A DNA stretch of 54,674 bases from Gallionellaceae bacterium (GTDB lineage: Bacteria; Pseudomonadota; Gammaproteobacteria; Burkholderiales; Gallionellaceae), in NCBI GenBank assembly GCA_041488395.1, contig JBGPPE010000001.1:1-54674 (forward strand), in the 5' to 3' direction. This document shows positions 8,128 through 18,524 of the stretch, one piece after another. Position 1 is the first letter of the stretch. Each line of letters begins with the position of its first letter. The position numbers and the translations under genes are program-made. Below the pieces are notes generated by a model. It worked only from the letters and a program-made list of their open reading frames with translations, did not search any database and was not told the DNA's origin.

Positions 8128-9174
8128 ATGAATCAGGATTGGCAAAATTTTCTGGCACAGCAAGGCGCACAAATTCAGGACGGCGTAGTGCAACATTTTG
8201 GCGACCTGCAGGCAGAGCTGCTCGCCGCGCGTGACGACACCGTGCTGTGCGACCTTGGCCAGTTTGGCACGCTCAAGGCAGCGGGCGAAGAAGCGCAGGG
8301 CTTTCTGCAAAACCTGCTCAGCAGCGACGTGAAGCTGGTCAGCCCCAAACAGGCGCAGACCAGCAGCCTCAACAGCCCCAAGGGGCGCATGATGGCGAGC
8401 TTTCTGCTGTGGCAGAGCGGCGGCGATTATTTTCTGCAAGTGCACAGCAGCCTCAGCGCCGCGATGCAGAAGCGTCTGTCGATGTTTGTGCTGCGCTCAA
8501 AAGTAAAAGTCAGCGACGCCAGCAACGAGATGGTCAGCCTGGGTTTGTCTGGCAGTGCGGCGGCAGATTTGATCAGGCAGCAGTTCGGCGCGGTGCCGGA
8601 AGCCGACTGGGAGGTGCTGCAGAATGACCACGCCAGCGTGGTTCGCGTTGGCGCCCAGCGCTACCAGATCAACACCGGCGCGCAGCATGCACCTGCCCTG
8701 TGGGCCGCGCTGGTCAAGGCTGCGCGGCCAGCGGGTTCGTCCTGCTGGGACTGGCTCAATATCCGCAGCGGCATCCCCGTCATCACCCCGCCCACGCAGG
8801 AACAGTTTGTGTTGCAGATGACCAACCTCGACGCACTCGGCGGCGTCAGCTTCAAGAAGGGTTGCTACCCCGGCCAGGAGGTCGTGGCGCGCACGCAGCA
8901 TATCGGCAAGATCAAGCGCCGCATGTTCCTCGCCCATGTGGATAGCGCAGCGCCAGCCTCAGTTCGGGAGCCGGGGGCCGGCGATGAAGTATTCAGCGCC
9001 GAGATGGCCGGGCAACCCAGCGGCATGGTGATGAATGCGGCGGCGGCAGCCGGTGGTGGTTATGATCTGCTGGTGGTGATGCAGATCAGCAGCCGCGAAA
9101 CACAGAGCGTGCATCTGCAATCGCTGGAGGGCGCGGTGCTGAACTTTATGGAGCTGCCGTATACGCTGCCGTAA
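8128..9174 (+). CDS. ygfZ: Folate-binding Fe-S cluster repair / tRNA-modification protein YgfZ
   Basis: The KGCYPGQEVVARTQHIGKIKRRM signature (KGCYxGQE) and an aminomethyltransferase-like N-terminal region. Confidence 0.9.
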   Translation: MNQDWQNFLAQQGAQIQDGVVQHFGDLQAELLAARDDTVLCDLGQFGTLKAAGEEAQGFLQNLLSSDVKLVSPKQAQTSSLNSPKGRMMASFLLWQSGGDYFLQVHSSLSAAMQKRLSMFVLRSKVKVSDASNEMVSLGLSGSAAADLIRQQFGAVPEADWEVLQNDHASVVRVGAQRYQINTGAQHAPALWAALVKAARPAGSSCWDWLNIRSGIPVITPPTQEQFVLQMTNLDALGGVSFKKGCYPGQEVVARTQHIGKIKRRMFLAHVDSAAPASVREPGAGDEVFSAEMAGQPSGMVMNAAAAAGGGYDLLVVMQISSRETQSVHLQSLEGAVLNFMELPYTLP

Positions 9175-9195
9175 GCGTAGCGATACTCAGCGGCT

Positions 9196-9510
9196 TCAAA
9201 TCCCGGTAAACAGCAAATCCAGCGCGGCGATAATCTCGTCGCGTTTGTTTTTCAGGGACATCACTTTTTCACCGTAAGCACGTATGGGCACACCTGCCAG
9301 CTCGGCAGTGGACATAACAACAGTCACACCCTTGATCTTGAACTGCGGATTCAGCTGGTTGACACTCAGCTTCATTTCCTCCGCCAGCACCAGAGGAACA
9401 ACAACATGGGTAGCCAAGGCTCCCAGCAGATCTGCCTGTAAGTCCAGTAAATAAGGGATGGTTTTGCGCGTGGCCTGGTTCGGATTGATGTAAACGTCGA
9501 ACTGCGCCAT
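9196..9510 (-). CDS. ccdB: Type II toxin CcdB (gyrase poison family)
   Basis: MAQFDVYINPNQATRKTIPYLLDLQADLL... ends ...LLFTGI. Length and motifs match the CcdB family. A 1-nt overlap with the upstream antitoxin gene. Confidence 0.85.
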   Translation of the reverse strand: MAQFDVYINPNQATRKTIPYLLDLQADLLGALATHVVVPLVLAEEMKLSVNQLNPQFKIKGVTVVMSTAELAGVPIRAYGEKVMSLKNKRDEIIAALDLLFTGI

Positions 9511-9758
9511 CAGAACTGCCTCAAGCCATCGCTGAACACCCCATTGGCTTCAATGCGCTGGTTATAGGCATCTATCGCATCCTGATTCTCTACCAGCCAC
9601 TGCTTGCGTCGTGCCTCGCGCACGATTTCGGCCAAACGCTGCTCCAGCGTCTGGGAAAGATTGATGTTGAGTTCCTTGGCTTGCCGCAACAGATCGGCGT
9701 TGATGCTGAGATTTGTCGCCTTTTTAGGCGCAAGAGTATCGAATTGAGCTGCACTCAT
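9510..9758 (-). CDS. ccdA: Type II antitoxin CcdA
   Basis: KKATNLSINADLLRQAKELNINLSQTLEQRL is a ribbon-helix-helix CcdA pattern. A GGGGG RBS precedes the ATG at 9758. The ORF-track start at 9812 is judged too long. Confidence 0.8.
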   Translation of the reverse strand: MSAAQFDTLAPKKATNLSINADLLRQAKELNINLSQTLEQRLAEIVREARRKQWLVENQDAIDAYNQRIEANGVFSDGLRQF

Positions 9759-9770
9759 TTTAACCCCCAT

Positions 9771-9801
9771 TGATGATGCGCATAGGATATACGCATCATC
9801 A
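9771..9801. promoter_or_regulatory. Palindromic candidate operator for ccdAB autoregulation
   Basis: tgatgatgcg (9771-9780) and cgcatcatca (9792-9801) form a perfect 10-bp inverted repeat with an 11-bp AT-rich spacer, 13 nt upstream of ccdA. Confidence 0.4.
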
Positions 9802-9960
9802 ATAAACGACAAGTCTATGCACTTGTTTACTAACCCAACGGCATGGCAATGCGAAGCTTATCCCTTCAGTGCCACGAATAAGCACATCCAAAAACAGTTA
9901 GTAAAATCAATCGAGTCTGCGCATATCTATTCAGACAGTGTGGGCAAGTGTGGCGTAACC

Positions 9961-9990
9961 TTGAACAAAGACGTCCAGTTTTGCTATAGT
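9961..9990 (+). promoter_or_regulatory. Candidate sigma70 promoter for the 10149 gene
   Basis: TTGAAC (9961-9966), an 18-nt spacer, then TATAGT (9985-9990). This would give a 5' leader of about 150 nt. Confidence 0.3.
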
Positions 9991-10148
9991 CAAGTCCGGT
10001 CAAGTTTCCCCACACCGATTGGCGGTGCGTTCGGGGTATTGCTTCAACCAACTTCCCCGCTTACTCCCGATCTCCCCCCGCTTACTCCCGTTCGAAGTTG
10101 CCACCATCATTTCGGCCGGCACGATTTTTTCAAAAAGGAGGTTGCAGC

Positions 10149-11075
10149 ATGGACCACAACAAACATTTTCACAGTTTCTCCCAGGGCATCCATCACGCCT
10201 TTTCCCATGTGGTGATTACCCTGCTGGCAGTAGGTATCGCGTTTTCCCTGCCGGTGGTGGCCAAGTACGTTCTGTATTACTGGTGGCCAAGGGTTGAAGA
10301 AGACTCGCAATTGCTGATGATCACGGAAATCAGCTTTGCCACGGTGCTGGTGCTGCTGTTCAATATCTCGAAGATCGCCTGGGACGGACGCCGCAGCATG
10401 CAGATGAACAAAATTGCATCGCTGGTGTATGCACGTGAAGGCAGTGGCTGGGTGTCGCGCTGGAAGGACAGGGATATGCGCAAGAAAATTGCCAGCGTGC
10501 GCGACGTGTACATCATGTCGATCACCGGCGACACCTTCAGCTCGAAAAATAGCGGCTTGCAGAAGACGCTGGAGCTGGCGTATGAAATTCGCGTGATGCT
10601 GGCCAACCCCTATGGCAAAGGCATCGTCAGCCGGGCGCAGGCGCTGGATGAGCCGGAGGCCATGCTGCAGGGCTGGCGCCAGGAAACAGAGGCGAGCATC
10701 GCCTATCTGCACAAGCTTGCCGCCGCAGGAAAAAAGGTCAAGCTCAAGTTCTATGAAGAGCCGCCGTTCTGGAAGCTGGTGGTGACCGGCGAATACGTCT
10801 GGGTCCAGTACTGCAATGACGGCCACGAGGTCAAGACCCAGCCGGAGTACGTATTCGGGCTGCAGCACGGCAGCCCGCAGCGCGGGCTGTTCGCGCCCTT
10901 TTACAAGCACTTTCTCAACCAGTGGCAAGATGCGCACCATCCCGAGTTCAATTTTGAAAGCAACGAACTGATCTACCGCAACGGGGACGGCAACGAAATC
11001 CGGCGCACTGTTTTTCCGCCAGTAGAAGAAGGTGTGCTGGCGGACGGCGGAGCTCGCCTGGCGGTTAACGGCTAA
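10149..11075 (+). CDS. Hypothetical protein: His-rich N-terminus, 2 TM helices and an uncharacterised cytoplasmic domain of about 210 aa
   Basis: AAGGAG RBS at 10135-10140. MDHNKHFHSFSQGIHHAFSH has 7 His in 20 aa. Two hydrophobic helices follow. The alpha/beta-looking C-terminal domain has no motif I recognise. Confidence 0.6.
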   Translation: MDHNKHFHSFSQGIHHAFSHVVITLLAVGIAFSLPVVAKYVLYYWWPRVEEDSQLLMITEISFATVLVLLFNISKIAWDGRRSMQMNKIASLVYAREGSGWVSRWKDRDMRKKIASVRDVYIMSITGDTFSSKNSGLQKTLELAYEIRVMLANPYGKGIVSRAQALDEPEAMLQGWRQETEASIAYLHKLAAAGKKVKLKFYEEPPFWKLVVTGEYVWVQYCNDGHEVKTQPEYVFGLQHGSPQRGLFAPFYKHFLNQWQDAHHPEFNFESNELIYRNGDGNEIRRTVFPPVEEGVLADGGARLAVNG

Positions 11076-11093
11076 GGACTGACGAGCCTGGAT

Positions 11094-11522
11094 TCAAAGC
11101 TTCAACTTCATTTTGCGGTGCGGAATATTGGCATCCAGAAACGGCTCGCCTTCCGCCTCGAAGCCATGGCTCTGGTAAAACGGGATGGCCTGCACCTGTG
11201 CCGCCAGCTCCACCTGGGCCAGGTTCTGGCTGCGCGCGTAGTCCAGCAGCATTTCAAGTATGGCGCTGCCCACGCGCTTGCCGCGCCATTCCGGCAGCAC
11301 CGCCATGCGGCCGATATAACCTTGCGGCGTGATGCGCCCGCAGCCGATGGCGTCGCCGCTGGCGCTGAGGGCCAGGGCATGATGGCAAGCTTCATCCAGA
11401 CCATCCCATTCCAGCTCGGCGCTCACGCATTGCTCGCGCATGAATACCGCCTCGCGTATGGCGCGCAGCAGGGGCTCGCCGTCGTGCCAGCTAACCAGAT
11501 GCACTGTAAACGGATTGCTCAT
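11094..11522 (-). CDS. GNAT-family N-acetyltransferase
   Basis: RMAVLPEWRGKRVGSAIL matches the acetyl-CoA binding motif Q/RxxGxG/A. FYQSHGF is also present. A GGAGG RBS precedes the ATG at 11522. Confidence 0.85.
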   Translation of the reverse strand: MSNPFTVHLVSWHDGEPLLRAIREAVFMREQCVSAELEWDGLDEACHHALALSASGDAIGCGRITPQGYIGRMAVLPEWRGKRVGSAILEMLLDYARSQNLAQVELAAQVQAIPFYQSHGFEAEGEPFLDANIPHRKMKLKL

Positions 11523-11623
11523 GCAGCCTCCTGTGGATGAATGTGCAGTTTGCGTCATTTCGGCGCGTGCAAGTACCTATTCGTTTGCTTAGGCTGCCGT
11601 CAACGCAGCCGGCGCAACCATGA

Positions 11624-12103
11624 CTACGCGACTATCTCTACCGCGGTGCCCACCGGCACCAGATCGAACAGCTCCAGCAACTCGGCGTTGCGCATGTTCA
11701 CGCAGCCATGCGAGGCAGGCACACCCAACTCGCGCTCATCCGGGGTGCCATGGATGTAAATATAGCGCCGCATGGTATCGCAACTGCCCATGCGGTTGTA
11801 GCCCGGCTCGCAGCCGGAAAGCCAGAGGATGCGCGTGAGTATCCAGTCGCGCTCTGGCTGCTGCGCGCCCAGCGCCGGGGTGTAGATTTCACCGGTGGGG
11901 CGACGGCGCACAAATACGCTGTTGGCCGGCTGCCCGGCGCCTATCTTGGCGCGAATGACATGGCGCCCGCGCGGCGTGCAGTTGCTGCCGCCCTCCTCGC
12001 CCACGCCGTTCTTGCCGGTGGAAACCGCATAGCGGCGCAGCAGCCGGCCTGCGTCGTCCAGCAGTTGCAGGGTTTGCGTGGGGATGTGGACGGTGATTTT
12101 CAT
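11624..12103 (-). CDS. L,D-transpeptidase (YkuD) family protein
   Basis: The IYIHG...SHGCVNM catalytic His/Cys motif of YkuD domains. Confidence 0.85.
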   Translation of the reverse strand: MKITVHIPTQTLQLLDDAGRLLRRYAVSTGKNGVGEEGGSNCTPRGRHVIRAKIGAGQPANSVFVRRRPTGEIYTPALGAQQPERDWILTRILWLSGCEPGYNRMGSCDTMRRYIYIHGTPDERELGVPASHGCVNMRNAELLELFDLVPVGTAVEIVA

Positions 12104-12122
12104 CTCAAAAATCCATTAACGC

Positions 12123-12247
12123 CGTCATTCCCGCGCAGGCGGGAATCCAGTTGATTAAACAGCTCCACGCTCAGCGGGACAATATCTGTGCTTTGTCCGC
12201 TACGCGGGTAATTATTTCGCTGGATTCCCGCCTGCGCGGGAATGACG
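12123..12247. repeat. dRS3-like inverted pair (ATTCCC-N8-GGGAAT hairpin units), copy 1
   Basis: cgtcattcccgcgcaggcgggaatccag (12123-12150) is the exact reverse complement of 12220-12247. Each arm is itself a small palindrome. This explains the spurious IPAQAGIQ / SFPRRRES ORFs. Confidence 0.8.
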
Positions 12248-12292
12248 CAGTTGATAGTTCTGGGACGATTAGTATTCATATGTTTGCTAAAT

Positions 12293-12754
<462 letters not shown>

Positions 12755-12774
12755 TTATTGCAAAGTGGATTCAA

Positions 12775-13860
12775 GTGAAACATTCTTCAGGGCTGGCAAC
12801 CGTAGCACAACTGCATGAGTTTGACGAGATTGTGGACGTGCGCACGCCATCCGAATTCGCCGAGGACCACATCCCCGGCGCGATCAATTGCCCGGTGCTG
12901 AGCGACGAGGAACGCGTGCGCGTCGGAACGCTGTACAAGCAGTCCTCGTTCGAGGCCAAGAAGATCGGTGCCGCGCTGATCGCGCGCAACATTGCGCAGC
13001 ACATCGAGCAGCGCTGGCTGGACAAGCCCAAGAACTGGCACCCGCTGATCTACTGCTGGCGCGGCGGCCAGCGCAGCGGCTCGATGACGCACATCCTGCG
13101 CCAGATCGGGTTTAACGCCGATCGCCTGGAAGGCGGCTACAAGAATTATCGCCAGCATGTGCTGGAACAGCTCGCGCTATTGCCGGCGCAGCGGTCCTTC
13201 CTCGTGGTGTGCGGCCTCACCGGCACCGGCAAGAGCCGGCTGCTCGGCGCCCTGCAGGAATGCGGCGCACAGGTGCTGGACCTGGAGGAAATCGCCAAGC
13301 ATCGCGGCTCGGTGCTGGGCGATATGCCCAACGTGCCGCAGCCCGCGCAGAAAGGCTTTGACAGCGAGGTGCTGGCACAGCTCAAGTCGTTCGACCCGGC
13401 CCGGCCGGTGTATGTGGAAGCGGAAAGCAAGAAGATCGGCATGATCCGGGTGCCCGACGCGCTGATCGATGCCATGTGGGCCAGCCCCTGTCTGCGCCTG
13501 GAAACGCCCACAGAGCTGCGCGTGGCGCTGCTGCGCGACGACTACCTGCACTTCCTGCATGACCCGGCCCTGTTGCGCCAGCAGCTGGAACGCCTGAAGG
13601 GCATGTATTCCGGCGAGCAGATGCAGCACTGGCACGACCTGTGCGAAGCGCAGCGCTGGGACGAATTCATCGCCGAGCTGCTGCAGCGGCATTATGACCC
13701 TGCCTATAACAAGTCCATTCACGGGCATTACCCCGGCTATGGCCAGGCCCCGCAGCTGCACCTCAACTCACTGGATAAACAAGCCTTTCTGGCACTGGCT
13801 GCAGAAGCGCTTGCCATGCCCGACGATTTTGTAAACAATGGCAACAAGGCGCCTCTATAA
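12775..13860 (+). CDS. mnmH: tRNA 2-selenouridine(34) synthase
   Basis: Rhodanese-like N-terminus with the CWRGGQRS active-site loop. P-loop CGLTGTGKS. The start is uncertain: GTG 12775 was chosen, and the ORF is open from 12673 but overlaps tadA. Confidence 0.82.
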   Translation: MKHSSGLATVAQLHEFDEIVDVRTPSEFAEDHIPGAINCPVLSDEERVRVGTLYKQSSFEAKKIGAALIARNIAQHIEQRWLDKPKNWHPLIYCWRGGQRSGSMTHILRQIGFNADRLEGGYKNYRQHVLEQLALLPAQRSFLVVCGLTGTGKSRLLGALQECGAQVLDLEEIAKHRGSVLGDMPNVPQPAQKGFDSEVLAQLKSFDPARPVYVEAESKKIGMIRVPDALIDAMWASPCLRLETPTELRVALLRDDYLHFLHDPALLRQQLERLKGMYSGEQMQHWHDLCEAQRWDEFIAELLQRHYDPAYNKSIHGHYPGYGQAPQLHLNSLDKQAFLALAAEALAMPDDFVNNGNKAPL

Positions 13861-13942
13861 ATAATCATCCTGAGCGTAACAAGGCGCACACAAGGGGATA
13901 GTGATTTACAGAGGCACCAGAAATTTCACAGGAGCCCCATAG

Positions 13943-14404
13943 ATGTTGAATCAGGTAGTCCCCGATTTCACCCTGCCCGCCACCGACGGTGTCGACTTCC
14001 AACTTGCCGCCGCACGCAACAAGACGCTGGTCATCTTCTTTTATCCCAAAGACAACACGCCCGGCTGCACCATGGAAAGCCAGCAATTCCGCGACCTCTA
14101 TGCCGAGTTCCAGAAGGCCAACTGCGAGGTGGTGGGCATTTCGCGCGACAGCATCAAGTCGCACGAGAATTTCAAAGCCAGGTTCACCCTGCCCTATGCG
14201 CTGCTGTCCGATGCGGAAGAAAAAGTCTGCGAGCAATTTGGCGTGATGAAGCTGAAAAACATGTATGGCAAGCAGGCCCGCGGCATCGAGCGCAGCACCT
14301 TTGTTATCGACCGCGCGGGCAAGCTGCGCAGGGAATGGCGCGGCCTCAAGGCCGACGGCCACGCCAAGGAAGTTCTGGAATTTGTCCGCACACTCGACGC
14401 TTAA
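13943..14404 (+). CDS. bcp: Peroxiredoxin Bcp
   Basis: FFYPKDNTPGCT peroxidatic-Cys motif. Length of 153 aa. Confidence 0.9.
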   Translation: MLNQVVPDFTLPATDGVDFQLAAARNKTLVIFFYPKDNTPGCTMESQQFRDLYAEFQKANCEVVGISRDSIKSHENFKARFTLPYALLSDAEEKVCEQFGVMKLKNMYGKQARGIERSTFVIDRAGKLRREWRGLKADGHAKEVLEFVRTLDA

Positions 14405-14413
14405 GGGATCATT

Positions 14414-15832
14414 ATGACAACCAATAAAAAACCGGCAAAAAACCCATCCTCCAAGCTGTTTGTGCTGGACACCAATGTGCTGATGCACGACCCGACCAGC
14501 CTGTTCCGCTTTGAGGAACACGATGTCTACCTGCCCATGTTTGTGCTGGAAGAACTGGACAACAACAAGAAGGGCATGACCGAGGTGGCACGCAATGCGC
14601 GTCAGGCCAGCCGCTTCCTCGACATGCTGGTCAGCAGCAGCATCGCCAACATTGATGAAGGCGTGCCGCTGCAGGCGCTGGGCAACAAGGCGGCCACCGG
14701 CCGCCTGTTCCTGCAGACGCAGTTCATCACCCATGACCTGCCCGAGAACCTGGCCAACGGCAAGGCGGACAACGCCATCCTCGGCGTGGTGATGTATCTG
14801 CAAAAAACGCAGAGCAAGCGCCAGGTTACCCTGGTCAGTAAAGACATCAACATGCGCATCAAGGCACGTGCGCTGAACCTTGATGCCCAGGACTACTTCA
14901 ACGACAAGGTGCTGGAAGACACCGACCTGCTCTACACCGGTGTGAAGGAGTTGCCTGCCAACTTCTGGGACACGCACGGCAAGGACATGAAATCCGGTCT
15001 GAGCAACGGCTTTACCTTTTACGACATCAACGGCCCGCTGTGCCGCGATTTGCTGGTGAACGAATTCGTGTTCCAGGAGAACGAAGGTGCCACGCCGTTC
15101 CAGGCGGTGGTGACCGAGCAGAGCGGTACCAGCGCGATGCTGCGCACGCTGACCGACTATACCCACCAGAAAAATTCCATCTGGGGTATTACTGCGCGCA
15201 ACCGCGAACAGAGTTTCGTGCTCAACCTGCTGATGAACCCCGAGATCGATTTTGTCACCCTGCTCGGCCAGGCCGGTACCGGCAAGACCCTGCTCACCCT
15301 GGCTGCCGGCCTGGCGCAAACGCTGGAAAGCAAGATCTATTCGGAGATCATCATCACCCGCGTGACCGTGCCGGTGGGCGAAGACATCGGCTTCCTGCCC
15401 GGCACCGAGGAAGAGAAGATGACGCCGTGGATGGGTGCGCTGGACGACAACCTGGACGTGCTCAACAAGTCTGACGATGACAGCGGCGAATGGGGTCGTG
15501 CCGCCACGCGCGACCTGATCCGTTCGCGGATTAAAGTAAAGTCGCTCAACTTCATGCGCGGCCGCACCTTCCTCAACAAATATCTGATCATCGACGAAGC
15601 GCAAAACCTGACGCCCAAGCAGATGAAGACGCTGATTACCCGTGCCGGCCCCGGTACCAAGGTGGTGTGCATGGGCAACATCGCGCAGATCGATACGCCC
15701 TACCTCACCGAGGGCAGTTCCGGCCTGACTTACGTGGTGGACCGCTTCAAGGGCTGGGCGCACAGCGGCCACGTCACCCTGCAGCGCGGCGAGCGTTCAC
15801 GTCTGGCCGACCACGCCGGCGAAGTGCTATGA
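14414..15832 (+). CDS. PhoH-family ATPase with an N-terminal PIN domain (YlaK-like)
   Basis: PIN: [12 protein letters not shown]...VLEELD. Walker A: GQAGTGKT. The IIDEAQNL and PhoH C-terminal motifs are also present. Confidence 0.9.
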   Translation: MTTNKKPAKNPSSKLFVLDTNVLMHDPTSLFRFEEHDVYLPMFVLEELDNNKKGMTEVARNARQASRFLDMLVSSSIANIDEGVPLQALGNKAATGRLFLQTQFITHDLPENLANGKADNAILGVVMYLQKTQSKRQVTLVSKDINMRIKARALNLDAQDYFNDKVLEDTDLLYTGVKELPANFWDTHGKDMKSGLSNGFTFYDINGPLCRDLLVNEFVFQENEGATPFQAVVTEQSGTSAMLRTLTDYTHQKNSIWGITARNREQSFVLNLLMNPEIDFVTLLGQAGTGKTLLTLAAGLAQTLESKIYSEIIITRVTVPVGEDIGFLPGTEEEKMTPWMGALDDNLDVLNKSDDDSGEWGRAATRDLIRSRIKVKSLNFMRGRTFLNKYLIIDEAQNLTPKQMKTLITRAGPGTKVVCMGNIAQIDTPYLTEGSSGLTYVVDRFKGWAHSGHVTLQRGERSRLADHAGEVL

Positions 15833-16224
15833 GCGAAAAGGTCAACAAGCCGGACAGCGACTGGCAGGCCGAGCTTAGCCCGGAGCAGTACCGGGTTTGC
15901 CGGCAATGCGGCACCGAGCCGGCCTTCACCGGCGAATACTGGGATTGCCACGATGCAGGCATCTATGTTTGCGCCTGCTGCGGCAACCCGCTGTTCAGCT
16001 CCAGCAGCAAATACGATTCGCGCAGCGGCTGGCCCAGCTACTGGCAGCCAGTGCAGGCGGATGCCATCGTCAGCCGCGTGGACAAGACCCACGGCATGAC
16101 CCGCACCGAGGTGTTGTGCGCGCGCTGCGATGCGCACCTCGGCCATGTCTTTGAAGACGGCCCGCCACCCACCGGGCTGCGTTACTGCATCAACTCCGCA
16201 TCCCTCAAACTCAAGCCTGAATAG
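15829..16224 (+). CDS. msrB: Peptide-methionine (R)-S-oxide reductase
   Basis: The CxxC...CxxC zinc site plus [20 protein letters not shown] 4-nt ATGA overlap with the preceding gene. Confidence 0.92.
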   Translation: MSEKVNKPDSDWQAELSPEQYRVCRQCGTEPAFTGEYWDCHDAGIYVCACCGNPLFSSSSKYDSRSGWPSYWQPVQADAIVSRVDKTHGMTRTEVLCARCDAHLGHVFEDGPPPTGLRYCINSASLKLKPE

Positions 16225-16260
16225 GCGCTGCTCGCGCAGATTTAACCACCCTCGGCAACC

Positions 16261-16875
16261 ATGAAAATCCTGTTCGACCTGTTCCCAGTCATTCTGTTTT
16301 TTGGCGTGTTCAAGCTCGCCGGCGCCCATCCGGACTCGGCCCAGGCCCTTGCCAGCGCGATCGGCTATGCGGCCGACCCGCAGCACCTGCCGGTGCTGCT
16401 GGCCACCGCCACCGCCATTCTCGCCACCCTGGCGCAAATCATCTGGGTCAAGTTTCGCCACGGCAAGGTGGACACCATGCTGTGGGTGAGTTTTGCCATT
16501 ATCGTGGTATTTGGCGGCGCCACCCTGCTGCTGCACGACGAGGCTTTCATCAAATTCAAACCCACCGCCCTGTACTGGTTGTTCGCCGGCGTGCTGCTAT
16601 TCTCGCGCCTGCTGTTCAAGCGCAACCTGATCCGCAACATGATGCAGGAAAAAATGACCCTGCCGGATGGCGTGTGGGATAACGTCAATCTCGCCTGGAG
16701 TGCATTCTTCGGCGTACTGGGGATTATTAACCTGTATGTCGCACACAATTACTCCACTGAAACCTGGGTGAATTTCAAACTGTTTGGTGCGACCGGCATG
16801 ATGTTTGTTTTCGTCCTGCTGCACGCAGTCTTTCTGGCGAAATACCTGGAACCTGACGATAAGGAAAAAAACTGA
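16261..16875 (+). CDS. yciB: Septation protein A (YciB/IspZ)
   Basis: [19 protein letters not shown]-terminus and a polytopic membrane profile typical of YciB. Confidence 0.9.
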   Translation: MKILFDLFPVILFFGVFKLAGAHPDSAQALASAIGYAADPQHLPVLLATATAILATLAQIIWVKFRHGKVDTMLWVSFAIIVVFGGATLLLHDEAFIKFKPTALYWLFAGVLLFSRLLFKRNLIRNMMQEKMTLPDGVWDNVNLAWSAFFGVLGIINLYVAHNYSTETWVNFKLFGATGMMFVFVLLHAVFLAKYLEPDDKEKN

Positions 16876-17177
16876 TGCTCTACGCCATTACCGGGCAGGA
16901 CACGGCCGCCAGCCTGGACAAACGCCTGGCTGCCCGCCCCGCTCATGTCGCCCGCCTGCAGGCGCTGCAGGAGGAAGGCCGTTTACTACTGGCCGGCCCC
17001 TTCCCCGCTGTGGATGCGGTGGACCCCGGCCCGGCAGGCTTTAGCGGCAGCCTGATCGTGGCCGAGTTCGCCTCGCTGGCAGCCGCAGAGAGCTGGGCAC
17101 AGGCCGACCCCTACGTGGCTGCCGGTGTCTATGCGCAGGTGACCGTCAAACCCTTCAGGAAGGTATTTCCCTCATGA
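16875..17177 (+). CDS. YciI-family protein
   Basis: 100 aa. The RPAHVARL...DPYVAAGVY pattern is present. Stop/start overlaps on both sides (yciB-yciI-bolA operon). Confidence 0.85.
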   Translation: MLYAITGQDTAASLDKRLAARPAHVARLQALQEEGRLLLAGPFPAVDAVDPGPAGFSGSLIVAEFASLAAAESWAQADPYVAAGVYAQVTVKPFRKVFPS

Positions 17178-17473
17178 GCCGTATCGACCCGACCAACCGC
17201 ATTGAACAGATGCGCACGCTGCTTGCAGCGCTGCACCCCGTACAGATGGAGATTATTGATGACAGCCACAAGCATGCCGGACACGCCGGCGCTCGTGCGG
17301 GCGGAGGCCACTACACGCTTAACATCATCTCCGCGCAATTCGTCGGCAAGAACACCCTGGCACGGCAGCGTATGATATATTCCGCGCTCGGCGAGATGAT
17401 GAAACACAATGAAATACACGCGCTGGTAATCAATGCCTTTACGCCAGAAGAGATTCAGGCAATAAAACCGTAA
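17174..17473 (+). CDS. BolA-family protein
   Basis: [12 protein letters not shown]...F.G....RQRMIY...IHAL is the BolA signature. Confidence 0.85.
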   Translation: MSRIDPTNRIEQMRTLLAALHPVQMEIIDDSHKHAGHAGARAGGGHYTLNIISAQFVGKNTLARQRMIYSALGEMMKHNEIHALVINAFTPEEIQAIKP

Positions 17474-17507
17474 CCAGCAGTCACTTTACTTTTAGCGAGG
17501 AGAAACC

Positions 17508-18296
17508 ATGTTGAAAATTTCCAAAATTGCCGTGTTCGCCATGCTGGGCGCGCTTGCTGCCAGCCCGGTTTACGCACAGGACAAATCTGCTGTACTGGTA
17601 AACGGCGTCTCTATCCCGCAATCGCGCGTTGATGCGCGCGTCACGGAAATCACCACCAGCCAGGGCCAGCCGGACACGCCAGAGTTGCGTGCAGCCGTGC
17701 GCGACGAGCTGATCAACATCGAAATCCTGTCGCAGGAAGCAAGCAAATCCGGCCTGGACAAACGTGACGATACACAGCAGAAAATCGAGATGAACAGGCA
17801 GACCATACTGGCCAGCTCCTTTGTACAGGATTACATCAAGAACCACCCGATCAGCGACGATGCGCTCAAGCAGGAGTATGAAAACCTGAAACAGCACCTG
17901 GGCACCAAGGAATACAAGGCTCGCCACATCCTGGTGAAAGAAGAAAGCGAAGCCAAGGCGATCGTTGCCCAGCTGAGCAAGGGTGCCAAGTTCGACAAGA
18001 TTGCCAAGGAAAAATCCATGGATGCAGGTTCACGCGATCGTGGTGGCGACCTGGGCTGGTCGGTTCCTTCCAACTTTGTAAAACCCTTTGCCGACACGCT
18101 CACCAGCCTGGCCAAGGGCAAAACCAGTGCACCGGTGCAATCCCAGTACGGCTGGCACATCATCAAACTGGAAGACGTGCGTGATCTGCAGGTTCCCAGC
18201 TTTGATGAAATCAAGCCCAACCTGATGCAACGCCTGCAGCAACAGAACATCAAGAAAATGATTGCAGAACAGCGCGCCAAGGCAAAAGTAGAATAA
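17508..18296 (+). CDS. Periplasmic parvulin-type peptidyl-prolyl isomerase
   Basis: Signal peptide, then ARHILV...GGDLGW...GWHIIKLED (PpiC/rotamase domain). Confidence 0.85.
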   Translation: MLKISKIAVFAMLGALAASPVYAQDKSAVLVNGVSIPQSRVDARVTEITTSQGQPDTPELRAAVRDELINIEILSQEASKSGLDKRDDTQQKIEMNRQTILASSFVQDYIKNHPISDDALKQEYENLKQHLGTKEYKARHILVKEESEAKAIVAQLSKGAKFDKIAKEKSMDAGSRDRGGDLGWSVPSNFVKPFADTLTSLAKGKTSAPVQSQYGWHIIKLEDVRDLQVPSFDEIKPNLMQRLQQQNIKKMIAEQRAKAKVE

Positions 18297-18347
18297 CCAC
18301 CAGGGCCGACAACATTTAACTGCAACAGACTGAAAGGAAATATCAAG

Positions 18348-18488
18348 ATGAAAAAATTAATATTGACTTCAACTATTCTGGCTTTGTCAGTTTTATTGTC
18401 GGCCTGCAACACCGCCGCAAATAAAGCCGCACAAAAGGAAAATGCCAACCAGACCCAGAAAGAATTGTCTGCTGAAACCCGCAAATAA
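18348..18488 (+). CDS. Small (46 aa) putative lipoprotein, absent from the ORF track (<60 aa)
   Basis: MKKLILTSTILALSVLLSAC has the lipobox L-S-A-C. AGGAAA lies upstream. An intrinsic terminator follows immediately. Confidence 0.45.
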   Translation: MKKLILTSTILALSVLLSACNTAANKAAQKENANQTQKELSAETRK

Positions 18489-18524
18489 TCGGGCCGGCGC
18501 ATAGCATCCATGCGGGTGCGGCAA

